Of a stretch of DNA of 62,247 bases, positions 32,909-42,691 are shown one piece after another; positions within the stretch are counted from its first letter, which is position 1; every line of letters begins with the position of its first letter. Location: positions 1-62,247 of IMG/VR virus record IMGVR_UViG_3300036832_000189; one strand, written 5' to 3'. The notes beneath the pieces are model-generated. The model saw only the letters and a program-made list of their open reading frames with translations. It was not told where the DNA came from and ran no database searches. The stretch is from a virus. Lineage: Duplodnaviria; Caudoviricetes. Made by a program: the position numbers and the translations under genes.

Positions 32909-34180
32909 ATGCCAGCCGAACAGTTTGCGACGCTAGCACAGAGTACACTCAACGCTGGTATTTCAAATACGGATGTGTCTTTGACTCTGGTTTCGGCTAC
33001 AGGGTTCCCTACTGTCCCACAGTTCCGCATCCGGATTGATAATGAGCTCATTCTGGTGGGTGCGGTGGCTGGGGCGGTATTCTCGAGCCTCACACGAGGG
33101 ATTGAAGGTACAACTGCAGCGTCACATTCGGCTGGTGCTCAGGTCACGGATGCGTTGACAGCAGCAGCACTCGGTGGCTCATCTGATGCAGCAGCGGCTA
33201 CACCTTCTCCACGCACTCTTGACCAAGTAACTTCTGGCAGCGCCGCCAGCTACGCAGCCTTGCAGGCACGTGTACCAGCGGCAACAGCCTCCAACAAGTT
33301 CCTCAGAGACAAGACCGGCGGTGTAGCTTGGGACACCGTACTCCCTGGAGACGTCGTTGCAGGTGCCGACGGGCAGACACTCCAGACGTTGTCCGGCGTG
33401 TCTCAGTGGGTGAATCTGGACTCAACAGCTCTGGTAGGGACAGTCACCAATGGCTCCCTGTACTGGAATGGTACAGCATGGGTCAACGCGAAGCTCACGG
33501 GTACGCAGCTTGACGCTGCGGCTGCAATCGCAAAGTCACAGCTAGCCTCGCTTGCCATTGTAGACGCAGACGTATCTGCAATCTCGGAGGCGAAGATCAC
33601 CAACCTGACGGCTGACCTTGCTGCATCGCAAATCTATGCTGCAGAGCTAGCACAGCGTGGTTGGAAGGCGTGGACAGGCAGCCCCTTCACGGCAGCAGCG
33701 GCAAACCCACTCACTTCCCAAGCCGAGATTGTCGTCAAGGTGTGGCTGCCACTGGCTAGTTACAGCTTCACCGGGTGTGTCGTACAGGTCACAACTGCGG
33801 GTGGCACGTTGACTGCTGCGCAGAACCTTATGACACTCTACAACCAGGCTGGGACAAAGCAGGGCTCAACTGCAGACCAGTCTGCGATCTGGACTGCAAC
33901 AGGGCCGTTCTACGCTTCCTTCGTCGGTGGGCCATACTCCCTAACTGGTGGTGTAGGTGCGTATTGCTGGGTTGGGTTCCTGTCGAATGGAACAACTCCG
34001 GCGGCGTTCCGCTGCCATATGGCGTCAAACACGATGGCAAACGCTGGTGCAGGTGCAATCCTCACGGGTGCAGCTCTCATGGCAGGGCGCACAGGCACAA
34101 CAGTTACAACACCCGCGACGTTCACCCCGAGTGCTCTGAACGTCACTGCTGCATCATACTACTTTGTGGGTCTGTACTAG
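32909..34180 (+). CDS. Fibre protein with C-terminal receptor-binding-like domain
   Basis: ATGFP..FRIRIDNE...TRGIEGTTAASHSAGA N-domain; Ala-rich stalk. Confidence 0.7.
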   Translation: MPAEQFATLAQSTLNAGISNTDVSLTLVSATGFPTVPQFRIRIDNELILVGAVAGAVFSSLTRGIEGTTAASHSAGAQVTDALTAAALGGSSDAAAATPSPRTLDQVTSGSAASYAALQARVPAATASNKFLRDKTGGVAWDTVLPGDVVAGADGQTLQTLSGVSQWVNLDSTALVGTVTNGSLYWNGTAWVNAKLTGTQLDAAAAIAKSQLASLAIVDADVSAISEAKITNLTADLAASQIYAAELAQRGWKAWTGSPFTAAAANPLTSQAEIVVKVWLPLASYSFTGCVVQVTTAGGTLTAAQNLMTLYNQAGTKQGSTADQSAIWTATGPFYASFVGGPYSLTGGVGAYCWVGFLSNGTTPAAFRCHMASNTMANAGAGAILTGAALMAGRTGTTVTTPATFTPSALNVTAASYYFVGLY

Positions 34181-34194
34181 ATGAGTGCTATTAG

Positions 34195-36633
34195 ATGACC
34201 GTTGTCGCCTCCGACCTCTGCGAACGAACTGTAGCTGCGGGCAGCGTCGGCACGATGGATCTCCCTGTGGGGGGCACGTATACGTTGCGCCCTGGCGGTA
34301 CCGGCAGCAACAGCCGGTACTCCTGCGATGGTCACAACATTCAGATTCACGGTATAGGCCAGCCGGCGTCAACAGACATCATGTCCCTCTCCACGGATGG
34401 TACCTTCGGCTGTCAGAATCAAAACTTCCTTACGGTGTTCGCATTGGACGCAGCGGCAGTTGGAGCTACGCAGACCTTGAGCTCCTATGGGCGATTCATC
34501 CCCACAAGTAGCGGTACGGCTTACATCGCACGACTCGCATTTGCCACCAGCGGCACCGTAACTCTCTTCTTGGACAAGGTAGTGGTAGGCACCAGTTCAC
34601 TGGACTTGGTGGGAGCTGGTGGTGTGGTGTTGACTTCGAGCTACGTACCGGGGACGAAGATCAGTGTAAGACTCACGTGTAATGGATCTGCGATTGCTGC
34701 CAAGGCTTGGTTCACGGCGAACGCCGAGACAACCGCAGTAACACAGTCCGTCACGGATACAGCCATCCCCGGAGAAGGCGCTACACAGTGGCGTTTGAAC
34801 CTGGCAACTGGGTCTACAGCAACCCCAAACTTGCTCATCGACTCGTGGTCTTGCGACAACATCAGCTACAGTCCGACCGTAGACACGATCACCAGGTATG
34901 GTGTCTCCAAGGGTCACCTCAACACGTATGATACTAACTTGCAGCAGCGGTACGTAAACACGGCTGCACTGATCTACGGGCCGAACAGCTACTTCCGCAC
35001 GGATATCACAACATCCACCACAAATGGCAGTTGGGATTCCCGGCTGGCTGATTTCGAGACGTTCTGTGGGTACATGGCAGCGGCAGGAATCACCTTGTTC
35101 CCATGCCTGCACATGATTACGGGCACTACACAGCAGATTCCACTGCGGAATGGGCTCGTAACTGACCCTGTAGGGCTCAACGGTATGATGCCATTCTACA
35201 CGATGTGTTACAACGCCGTACAGCTCCTGGGGCCAGGAGGGACAATGGCAACCACTCTCGGTAGTAGCTGGAAGCCTTGCTACCGATACGAGATTTGGAA
35301 CGAGCCGAACACGACCTCTGGGAACGCCAACCGTCAGGACGACGCGTCTGGCACTATAAGTAATGGGTTCGCCACTGGTGGGCCGTTTGCACAGTTGGAT
35401 ATGTCCTACGCCGACATCGCGGAAATCCTCCGCTGTGGGGTGTTAGGCATCAGGGCCGCCGCGACGGCAATGGGCTTCTCAGCCTACATCTACGGGTTGG
35501 GTATGGGTGGTGTAGACGTCAGTTATCTCAAGGGCATAGTTGATTGGTGCGCATCTAACGGGTACACAAACCCTCTGACTACACTGGATGCTGTTAGCAC
35601 GCACGTCTACCCAACGAATCCACCTATTGGGCCTGCAGGAACATACCCACCAGGAACGGACAACCCCACAGCTCAAAGCTCTGGACAGACTCGCCCGCGA
35701 GATTGGGCCACGCTAGCGACGTTGAGGCAGTATCTAGCCGCCTCTGGTGGGAGTGCATGCAAGATCGGCGTAACAGAGGGTGGCTACAGAGGGAATGATC
35801 TTCGGAATATAAACCGCACCGCGACTGTTACTGGCAGCAACTTCACGTTACCGGCCTCATCTATTCCTGTGGCGAGTACAGCTCTGTTCCCGGCTGCGAA
35901 TGGGACGTTGTATCTAGAGCCTGCAACTGTGGTGTCTAATAGTGGATCTAGTATTACATTGCCAGCTTCGACAATCCCGTTGGCGGACGCCCGTGGGTTC
36001 CCTGCAAGTGGGAGTGTGTCGATCACAGCAGACACACGGTCGTGGACACAGACGGTGTCTTACACGAGTATCGTCGGCAATGTTCTGCAGGGTTGCTCTG
36101 GTGGCACAGGAACAATCCCTGATGGTTCGGCTGTCACCGGCAACCAACAGGTCTCATACAAAACTGTAGATCCTACGCATTTCCTGGGATGTGTTGGAGG
36201 CTCAGGAACGATTGGTGCCGGTACTGTATTGGAAACATGTACCGCAGGCAATATCTTCTACGCATCTCCTGACCGTGCGGCTGCGGATTCAAGTCCAGAC
36301 CAGGCTACATGGAACATGCAGGCGCTCGACATGATTCAGCAGCATAACAGCTATTGGAATGTTGACATCCATATCCTCTACGAGCTTTTCGATGAGCTCT
36401 TCCCAACGGATGCTAACCTCGTCAACGTCGCTCTTGGAAAGTGCTATGACACCACAGATACCTCGAGGACTACTGCGCTCACGATGGGGTTCTGGAAGTC
36501 AACTGCGGTGCAAATGTCCCGCAAGATGGTGGAATACGGCCTGCATTCCTGGGGTGGTTCAACGCCAACACCTGCCGGCACTGTCAAGATCAACGTTAGT
36601 GGCAGCACGTTGAGAATCCATACTCCCACGTGA
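34195..36633 (+). CDS. Lectin-like domain + clan GH-A (GH5/GH39-like) glycosidase with nested insertions
   Basis: YEIWNEPN, LDAVSTHVYP, IGVTEGGY, ILYELFD. Confidence 0.78.
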   Translation: MTVVASDLCERTVAAGSVGTMDLPVGGTYTLRPGGTGSNSRYSCDGHNIQIHGIGQPASTDIMSLSTDGTFGCQNQNFLTVFALDAAAVGATQTLSSYGRFIPTSSGTAYIARLAFATSGTVTLFLDKVVVGTSSLDLVGAGGVVLTSSYVPGTKISVRLTCNGSAIAAKAWFTANAETTAVTQSVTDTAIPGEGATQWRLNLATGSTATPNLLIDSWSCDNISYSPTVDTITRYGVSKGHLNTYDTNLQQRYVNTAALIYGPNSYFRTDITTSTTNGSWDSRLADFETFCGYMAAAGITLFPCLHMITGTTQQIPLRNGLVTDPVGLNGMMPFYTMCYNAVQLLGPGGTMATTLGSSWKPCYRYEIWNEPNTTSGNANRQDDASGTISNGFATGGPFAQLDMSYADIAEILRCGVLGIRAAATAMGFSAYIYGLGMGGVDVSYLKGIVDWCASNGYTNPLTTLDAVSTHVYPTNPPIGPAGTYPPGTDNPTAQSSGQTRPRDWATLATLRQYLAASGGSACKIGVTEGGYRGNDLRNINRTATVTGSNFTLPASSIPVASTALFPAANGTLYLEPATVVSNSGSSITLPASTIPLADARGFPASGSVSITADTRSWTQTVSYTSIVGNVLQGCSGGTGTIPDGSAVTGNQQVSYKTVDPTHFLGCVGGSGTIGAGTVLETCTAGNIFYASPDRAAADSSPDQATWNMQALDMIQQHNSYWNVDIHILYELFDELFPTDANLVNVALGKCYDTTDTSRTTALTMGFWKSTAVQMSRKMVEYGLHSWGGSTPTPAGTVKINVSGSTLRIHTPT

Positions 36634-36649
36634 GTGATATACCAGTATA

Positions 36650-37009
36650 GTGGCTACGCCTGTAGGAACATCAGAGCTCGGGTTCGCCAGACTTGGAGAA
36701 ATAGTCCTGGGCTGGGTACCCCCGCTGCTGTTCGAGACTGCAACAGCGTTTATGACGCTGACTCCAGGAGTCATCAAAGAAGGGCCTGTAGGCGCGGACA
36801 CAGCAACAGCGACGATGACACTCAGACCTAGTGGGTTGATTTCCGGACACGTCTTCGACACACTATTAGATGGTGCGCTTGTTGCACACTACAACGGAGA
36901 CATCGCAAATGAATTTGCAGCCACGATTGCTGGGCCACGCCCGCTTTCTGCCGTCCCAACGGCCAGGTATGCTGTGGGATACTTCGGCAGGGGTCATCCT
37001 GCTTCTTGA
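36650..37009 (+). CDS. Hypothetical virion-associated protein
   Basis: ORF packing in appendage cluster. Confidence 0.55.
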   Translation: MATPVGTSELGFARLGEIVLGWVPPLLFETATAFMTLTPGVIKEGPVGADTATATMTLRPSGLISGHVFDTLLDGALVAHYNGDIANEFAATIAGPRPLSAVPTARYAVGYFGRGHPAS

Positions 37010-37021
37010 TCGGACTGAATA

Positions 37022-37360
37022 GTGGAACCAATCCTCACACAAGGTACCGTCGAATATCTGTGGGTAGACGTTACAGATGAACTTGGTGTCCTCACAGACC
37101 TAAGCGCCGCGAGCCCCCGTTGTGATGTTGTACGCATGAGTGACAATGTCAAGCTGGTGACGGCACACGCTGCAGACAATATCGACGGTATGAGGGTGTA
37201 CTTCCTGATTGATACAACCACAGGGTCTGGGCTGGTTACACCAGTAGTGCCGGTCAATGGCTGGTGGAGCGGTGGAGAATACAAGATGTACACGACCTTC
37301 TCGGTTGGCGCAGAGGTTCCACGCCTCGGGCCATTGAACTTTAGAGTGGACGCGAGTTGA
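37022..37360 (+). CDS. Small beta-rich (BppU-like) protein
   Basis: LTQGT.E.L.VDVTD...GEYKMY..F.VGAE. Confidence 0.5.
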   Translation: MEPILTQGTVEYLWVDVTDELGVLTDLSAASPRCDVVRMSDNVKLVTAHAADNIDGMRVYFLIDTTTGSGLVTPVVPVNGWWSGGEYKMYTTFSVGAEVPRLGPLNFRVDAS

Positions 37361-37363
37361 CCT

Positions 37364-37501
37364 ATGCCAGCGAAATCACAGAAGCAGCGCGGGTTTATCT
37401 ACGCAAGATTCGGCAAGGCATGGGCCAAGAAGCACCACTTCAACAACAAAGGCAAGCTCCCGGTGCGGGTGCGGCGGAAGCGCAGGCGCAAGTCTAAGTG
37501 A
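37364..37501 (+). CDS. 45-aa basic protein (MPAKSQKQR...KLPVRVRRKRRRKSK)
   Basis: Hand-translated; GTGA overlap with TerL. Confidence 0.7.
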   Translation: MPAKSQKQRGFIYARFGKAWAKKHHFNNKGKLPVRVRRKRRRKSK

Positions 37502-38979
37502 GTACGATCAACGCGACCACAGGCTACAGCCGAGAGACACTGTGGGATATGGTGGGTTACGAGCCACACGAGGCTCAAATGCTCATCCATGACTCGGCTG
37601 CACGTTTCAAAGTGCCCTGTTGCGGTCGCAGGTTTGGCAAGTCAACGAGTGCGATCCGGGACTTCTGGCCGGACTTCATGGAACGTGGCAGAACCTTCTG
37701 GCTAGTTGGGCCTACATACGAGCTGGGAGAGCGTGAGTTCGAGGTTCTGTATGACGACGTGATGAACTTCCCGGCAGCAATCAGGAATCGTTGTCAAATC
37801 TCATATTCACCAGCCGCCGGCAACATGAAGGTGCTGTTCCCGTGGCGTACGTTGGTGAAGGTGGTATCCGCAGAGAAGCCCAAGTCCTTGCTGGGCAAGG
37901 GGTTGTCTGGGGCTATTATGTGTGAGGCTGCGGAGCATGAAGAGATTACATGGACGAAGTACATTCGTCCTGCATTGGCGGATAGGCGTGGACGCGCTAT
38001 TTTCCCCTCAACACCAAAGGGCTTCAACTTCTACTACCACTACCACAGGCGTGGTCTGCCTGGTTCCAACACATACGTCAGGGAAGCTCGAGAGTCTACG
38101 ATCAACGCTGCAAAGGGTGCATACAGCGCGGGCTGGGAGAGCTGGCAGTTCCCGTCATGGGCAAACACACACGTGTTCTCTGGGCCTGATGATCCGGAGT
38201 TCGATGAGATCCGGGCCAACACGTCACAGGTCATTTGGGAACAGGAATACGAGGCCAAGTTCACGTCCTTCGAGGGGCGCGTCTACGATGAGTTCGATGA
38301 GCGTATTCACGTGACTGACCTCAGAGATGTAGTACGAAAGTGGCTGCCATTCTGGAAGAACTACTGGGGTGTGGACTTCGGATTCAAAAACCCGTTTGCG
38401 TGCCTTGACGTGATGGTCGATCCAGAGGACAACGTCTATGTCTGGCGAGAATATTACGTGTCCGGTGTGCCGACAATCATTCACTGCGACCGTCTACGAC
38501 AAAGAGACAACCCTCCAGGCTTCCACGTTGATTGCATTTTCGCAGATCCCGCAGGTGCAGATGGAGTTGCTACATTGCAGCTCAAACTCGGACAAGTGTT
38601 TGCTCGCAAGGTCGGATGGCTTCAGGGTGTTGAGCAGTTGAAGGTACTGTTCCGCGGGCACAAGACCGACGATGGGGAGACGATCCCACGTATCTTCATT
38701 GATAGATCATGTGTGAACCTGATTGGAGAACTGAACACGCTACACATGGTCGAGAACAAGAAGCCGAGCTCACAGAACTCGAAAGAGCAGCAGCATACAC
38801 ACAACGACCACGCCTGTGACGCTCTGCGGTACTTCTGCAATGAATATTTCGTCCTGGGAGCAGGCACGAGGTTGAGCGACATCAACAAGTACGCAGATCA
38901 GATGGGCAAGGTTGGAGATACCATCTTCACGTATGACCAGGCACCATTCACGATGGACGCGGAGCCAATCAGGTGGTAA
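37498..38979 (+). CDS. terL: Terminase large subunit
   Basis: CGRRFGKS, STPKG, GVDFG, FADPAG, NDHACDALRY. Confidence 0.95.
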   Translation: MSTINATTGYSRETLWDMVGYEPHEAQMLIHDSAARFKVPCCGRRFGKSTSAIRDFWPDFMERGRTFWLVGPTYELGEREFEVLYDDVMNFPAAIRNRCQISYSPAAGNMKVLFPWRTLVKVVSAEKPKSLLGKGLSGAIMCEAAEHEEITWTKYIRPALADRRGRAIFPSTPKGFNFYYHYHRRGLPGSNTYVREARESTINAAKGAYSAGWESWQFPSWANTHVFSGPDDPEFDEIRANTSQVIWEQEYEAKFTSFEGRVYDEFDERIHVTDLRDVVRKWLPFWKNYWGVDFGFKNPFACLDVMVDPEDNVYVWREYYVSGVPTIIHCDRLRQRDNPPGFHVDCIFADPAGADGVATLQLKLGQVFARKVGWLQGVEQLKVLFRGHKTDDGETIPRIFIDRSCVNLIGELNTLHMVENKKPSSQNSKEQQHTHNDHACDALRYFCNEYFVLGAGTRLSDINKYADQMGKVGDTIFTYDQAPFTMDAEPIRW

Positions 38980-38998
38980 GCGTGTCTAAGAGCACAAA

Positions 38999-40534
38999 AT
39001 GGTAGTTGTAGAATCATCTCAACAGGTTGCACAGCGGTTTGTGCATGACGCGCAAGGGGATCTGGTTCCAAGTCCGTCCGCGTTCCTGGAGCGTGGTGTC
39101 AATTCACCATTCCCGGCGACGCCGATCGAATACAACGGTGACCTGTTCCCACGAATCATAGCTCTACGCACATACGAGAAGATGAAGCGCAACGACGCAC
39201 AGATACGTGCGACTCTGCGTGCGGTGAAGATCCCGGTGTTGGGTGGCGACTGGTACGTCGAGCCGGCAGATACATCCGACGCCGAGAAGCAGTTGAACGC
39301 TGACGCTGCCGAGTTTGTCGAGTTCAACCTGTTTGAAAACCTGACGATCACGTGGCAGCAGCTCATGCACCATATCCTCACGATGCTGGACTATGGTTCC
39401 TCGTGGGTTGAAACTGTGTATGAAGTGAAGGGTTGGCGTCCACAGCGCCAGTCCAGTAATTCACGAAATTTTGTGATGCTACGAAAGCTGGCACCACGGC
39501 CTGCAGTCACGATTGCAGAATTCCTCTACGACCCGGAGGGTGGGCCTGACGGGATCGTACATGAGGCTGTAGATCCTTCCCAGGCCGAGCTACCAGGGCT
39601 GGGATTCCCAGGAGCTAGCACCGAGAATCAGGTATATATCCCGATTGAGGATATGCTGGGGTTCGTCTTCGATCAAGAGGGCGGCAACCTGGAAGGCATG
39701 AGTATCCTCCGGACGGCCTACCAGCATTGGTACTACAAGTCCAACCTGTACAAGATCGACGCCATCCAGAAGGAACGTCATGGTATCGGTATCCCAGATA
39801 TCGAGCTGCCTCCAGGATACGACCAGAACGACCTGCAATATGCAGCCAACATGGCCAGGAACATTAGGACTAATGAGCGTGCCTTCATCCTGCGCCCGCA
39901 AGGTTGGGTTGTGGGGTTCGCCAAGGTCGAAGGACAGCTCACGGATGCATTGAAGAGTGCAGAACACCACGACATGATGATCGCACGCAACGTGCTTGCG
40001 TCGTTTATCAACGCGACTGGTGGGTCATCTGGAGCGGGCGCTGGAGGCAGCAGAAGCAATAGCGCAGTGGCGATGGATCTGTTCTTGAAGTCTCTGCGAG
40101 AAATTGGTAACTTGGTCTGTGATGTCATCAACAAGTATTTGATCCCCAAGCTCGTCAGCTACAACTTCCAAGTTACGCGGTACCCGAAGCTGAAAGTACG
40201 TGGCATCGGTGAAGCACGGAACCAGCAAGAGCTCTCCACAGTGGTTCGGAACCTGGTATCGGTGAACGCACTCAGCATGGACGACTCCACAGAGAAGTAC
40301 CTGCGAGAAGTCTTCGATTTGCCGGCGGTGTGGGATAAATCTAATGTTAGAATCAATGACGCGCTACTGCACGTCTGGGGTCAGCTCAACGCTGCAGATC
40401 CAAGTGGAGGCACAGCACAAGCACCGAAGCCACAGCCCACAGCGAAGCAGCCCACACCAGCGACGGTGCCAAAGCCTAACGCCACACGCGGAGCAACGAC
40501 AGGCAACATGCCAAAGGGGACGACTCAGGGATGA
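38999..40534 (+). CDS. Portal protein (DUF935/Mu gp29-like)
   Basis: YEKMKRND, DYGSS, GMSILRTAY, ERHGIG, LIPKLVSYNF. Confidence 0.9.
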   Translation: MVVVESSQQVAQRFVHDAQGDLVPSPSAFLERGVNSPFPATPIEYNGDLFPRIIALRTYEKMKRNDAQIRATLRAVKIPVLGGDWYVEPADTSDAEKQLNADAAEFVEFNLFENLTITWQQLMHHILTMLDYGSSWVETVYEVKGWRPQRQSSNSRNFVMLRKLAPRPAVTIAEFLYDPEGGPDGIVHEAVDPSQAELPGLGFPGASTENQVYIPIEDMLGFVFDQEGGNLEGMSILRTAYQHWYYKSNLYKIDAIQKERHGIGIPDIELPPGYDQNDLQYAANMARNIRTNERAFILRPQGWVVGFAKVEGQLTDALKSAEHHDMMIARNVLASFINATGGSSGAGAGGSRSNSAVAMDLFLKSLREIGNLVCDVINKYLIPKLVSYNFQVTRYPKLKVRGIGEARNQQELSTVVRNLVSVNALSMDDSTEKYLREVFDLPAVWDKSNVRINDALLHVWGQLNAADPSGGTAQAPKPQPTAKQPTPATVPKPNATRGATTGNMPKGTTQG

Positions 40535-40734
40535 CGTACATGTATCCATACGACGCAATCCAGATGGGCATGAACGACATCCCGGAAGGGTACTTGATTG
40601 CGCGTACACAGGAGCCTATCCCGTTCCTGCCTATTCATCCATTGAAAAACGACGTGGACAGGAGCGTGTTCGATGATGTTCCGCCACCGCCAGACATCAG
40701 ACCTTGGTATGTCAAAGATGGCTTCGGAGTTTAG
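40531..40734 (+). CDS. Hypothetical protein
   Basis: ATGA-coupled to portal. Confidence 0.5.
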   Translation: MTYMYPYDAIQMGMNDIPEGYLIARTQEPIPFLPIHPLKNDVDRSVFDDVPPPPDIRPWYVKDGFGV

Positions 40735-40763
40735 CATTTAGAGTATAACCTAAAGGAGGACGC

Positions 40764-41120
40764 ATGGCGCGACAAGCAGGTAACAGGCTCACGGGGATTC
40801 CGTCTACAGACAAGGGCGGGAGTGTGAAGCGCGGGAGTGCGCCTGCGGGTCTGCGTCCTACCAAGGATGCACGCATGCCCGGAGGCAGTGGGAACGCCGA
40901 TCTGAGGCCGGATCACTTCTCCGGTGGAGTGCCAACAGGGAACTCAGCTTCACCACGGCTGGGTGGTTCGACTACGGGCCCGCTTGCAGGAGCGAAGGCA
41001 GTTCCACCGGCAGCAGGACTTGGCGGAGCCACCCGTGTGGGGGGTGCTGCACGGAGTTCCGGCTCTGGAGGCAAGAACAAGATTCAGCCGCCAGCAACGG
41101 GATTGGGGAAGGGCTATTAG
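40764..41120 (+). CDS. Gly/Ala/basic low-complexity protein
   Basis: AAAGGAGG RBS. Confidence 0.65.
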   Translation: MARQAGNRLTGIPSTDKGGSVKRGSAPAGLRPTKDARMPGGSGNADLRPDHFSGGVPTGNSASPRLGGSTTGPLAGAKAVPPAAGLGGATRVGGAARSSGSGGKNKIQPPATGLGKGY

Positions 41121-41123
41121 CCT

Positions 41124-42281
41124 ATGGATGAGATCCTCTTCACGATGCAGAAGTTCACCGTCGATGACTCCGAACGAGTCTGGGTGCATGCGTTCCCGTA
41201 TAGGACGTATGAGCACCCACTGTATGGCACCGTCACCTTCACCCGTGAGGACGCCAAGGAGATGCAGGAGAACTTCACGGCGAACGTGATGGAGCAGGAG
41301 CTGTCTTTCAACTACGAACATGGGTTGGATAAGGCCAAAGGCAACATGGCTTCCGGTTCGGTTACTGCTGTTGACGTCAGGGATGACGGCATGTGGATTG
41401 AGGTAGAGCCGACCAAGACCGCGTTGCAGGAAATCAGAGAAAGGGCGTGGAAGTATGCGTCGGTAGAGAGGTTCAAGGAGTGGGTGCATCCAGCATCCAA
41501 GAAGGTGTTCAAGAACGTGTTGCGCGGAGGTGCGTTTACCAACTACCCGTTCAACAAGGGTGTGGCACCGCTCAACTTCTCAGAACTGGCGCTACTCGAA
41601 AAGGAGCCAAGCGTTGTACCAGACAAGGAGCAGAAGATGGATCTGAAAGAACTGGCCAAGAGGCTTGGTCTTCCGGAGGCTGCAACAGAGGCAGATGTCA
41701 ACGCCAAGCTCGAAGAGCTGGCAAAGATGCCTGCTGCGGTCGAGACACTGACGCAGGAGTTCTCCGACTACAAGACCAAGCACAAGGATGCGGGCATCAA
41801 GACCGAAGACATCCAGAAGTTCAAGGATGTCGAGCCTGAGCTGTACGCGGAGATTCTGGCTTCGCGGCACGAAAGGCTGGACAGGGAGGCCGAGAAGTTC
41901 TCCGACAACTTCACCACTGAGGACGGGCGTGTGCTTTCGCCTGAGTGGTCGGAGCGGGTCAAGCAGGCGTATCTCAAGCACAGCGCCGGCGAGATGACCA
42001 TGCAGGAGTTCTCGGCGACGATGCTCGAGGCCAACACCAAGGGACTCGTCAAGATCGGTCGTGAGCGTGGATCTGCTCGGCGTGAGCAGAGCGGTGACCA
42101 GGAGTTCGCGGACGTGCAGAAGATGGTGCAGCAGTTTGCGGATCTGTCGCTGGCCTACTCCAGAGAGCACAAGGTCAGCTACGACGAAGCCATGCGGGCT
42201 GTGGGTCTGGAGAAGCCAGAGCTGGCAGACGCATACGACAGGATCGAGATTCCGGTGCTGACGGGAGGGGGTGACGAATAA
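41124..42281 (+). CDS. Mu-like prohead protease with C-terminal scaffold
   Basis: FNYEH, WKYASVE, GAFTNYPF; LGLPEAATEADV. Confidence 0.88.
   Translation: MDEILFTMQKFTVDDSERVWVHAFPYRTYEHPLYGTVTFTREDAKEMQENFTANVMEQELSFNYEHGLDKAKGNMASGSVTAVDVRDDGMWIEVEPTKTALQEIRERAWKYASVERFKEWVHPASKKVFKNVLRGGAFTNYPFNKGVAPLNFSELALLEKEPSVVPDKEQKMDLKELAKRLGLPEAATEADVNAKLEELAKMPAAVETLTQEFSDYKTKHKDAGIKTEDIQKFKDVEPELYAEILASRHERLDREAEKFSDNFTTEDGRVLSPEWSERVKQAYLKHSAGEMTMQEFSATMLEANTKGLVKIGRERGSARREQSGDQEFADVQKMVQQFADLSLAYSREHKVSYDEAMRAVGLEKPELADAYDRIEIPVLTGGGDE
41637..42281 (+). CDS. Nested in-frame scaffolding protein
   Basis: Internal AAGGAG-N6-ATG at the domain boundary. Confidence 0.6.
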   Translation: MDLKELAKRLGLPEAATEADVNAKLEELAKMPAAVETLTQEFSDYKTKHKDAGIKTEDIQKFKDVEPELYAEILASRHERLDREAEKFSDNFTTEDGRVLSPEWSERVKQAYLKHSAGEMTMQEFSATMLEANTKGLVKIGRERGSARREQSGDQEFADVQKMVQQFADLSLAYSREHKVSYDEAMRAVGLEKPELADAYDRIEIPVLTGGGDE

Positions 42282-42673
42282 TGCCGAATGATACCTTCAA
42301 TCCAGTGATGGCGAAGGGCTATGACGCTGCCGCAGCCATCACCAAGTACCGCGCTGTCAAGTTCTCCGCAGATCAGACCGTTACACCTGTGACCGCAATT
42401 ACGGACAAGGTTGCAGGCATCGCTGTGGACGGCGTGACGGCCACTGAGATTACCAAGGGCAAAGGTTGCCCGGTCATCTCCAACGGGCGTGTGCCTTTCG
42501 AGGCAGATGCAGCTTGCGCCGCGGGTCAGCAGCTTGCAGTTTCAGCCTCGGTCAACGGTACGCTTACCCCTCTGGGTACTGCTGGTGCAGGAACAATCGT
42601 CGTCGGACTGTGTGTTCTGGGTGCAGCAGCACAGGGCGCACGCGGAACCGTCGAACTCACACCTGGCGCATAG
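42281..42673 (+). CDS. Head decoration/cement protein (DUF2190-like)
   Basis: AAITKYRAVK...GIA...V...GRV; precedes capsid gene. Confidence 0.75.
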   Translation: MPNDTFNPVMAKGYDAAAAITKYRAVKFSADQTVTPVTAITDKVAGIAVDGVTATEITKGKGCPVISNGRVPFEADAACAAGQQLAVSASVNGTLTPLGTAGAGTIVVGLCVLGAAAQGARGTVELTPGA

Positions 42674-42691
42674 GAAGGAGGCGAAAACTAA

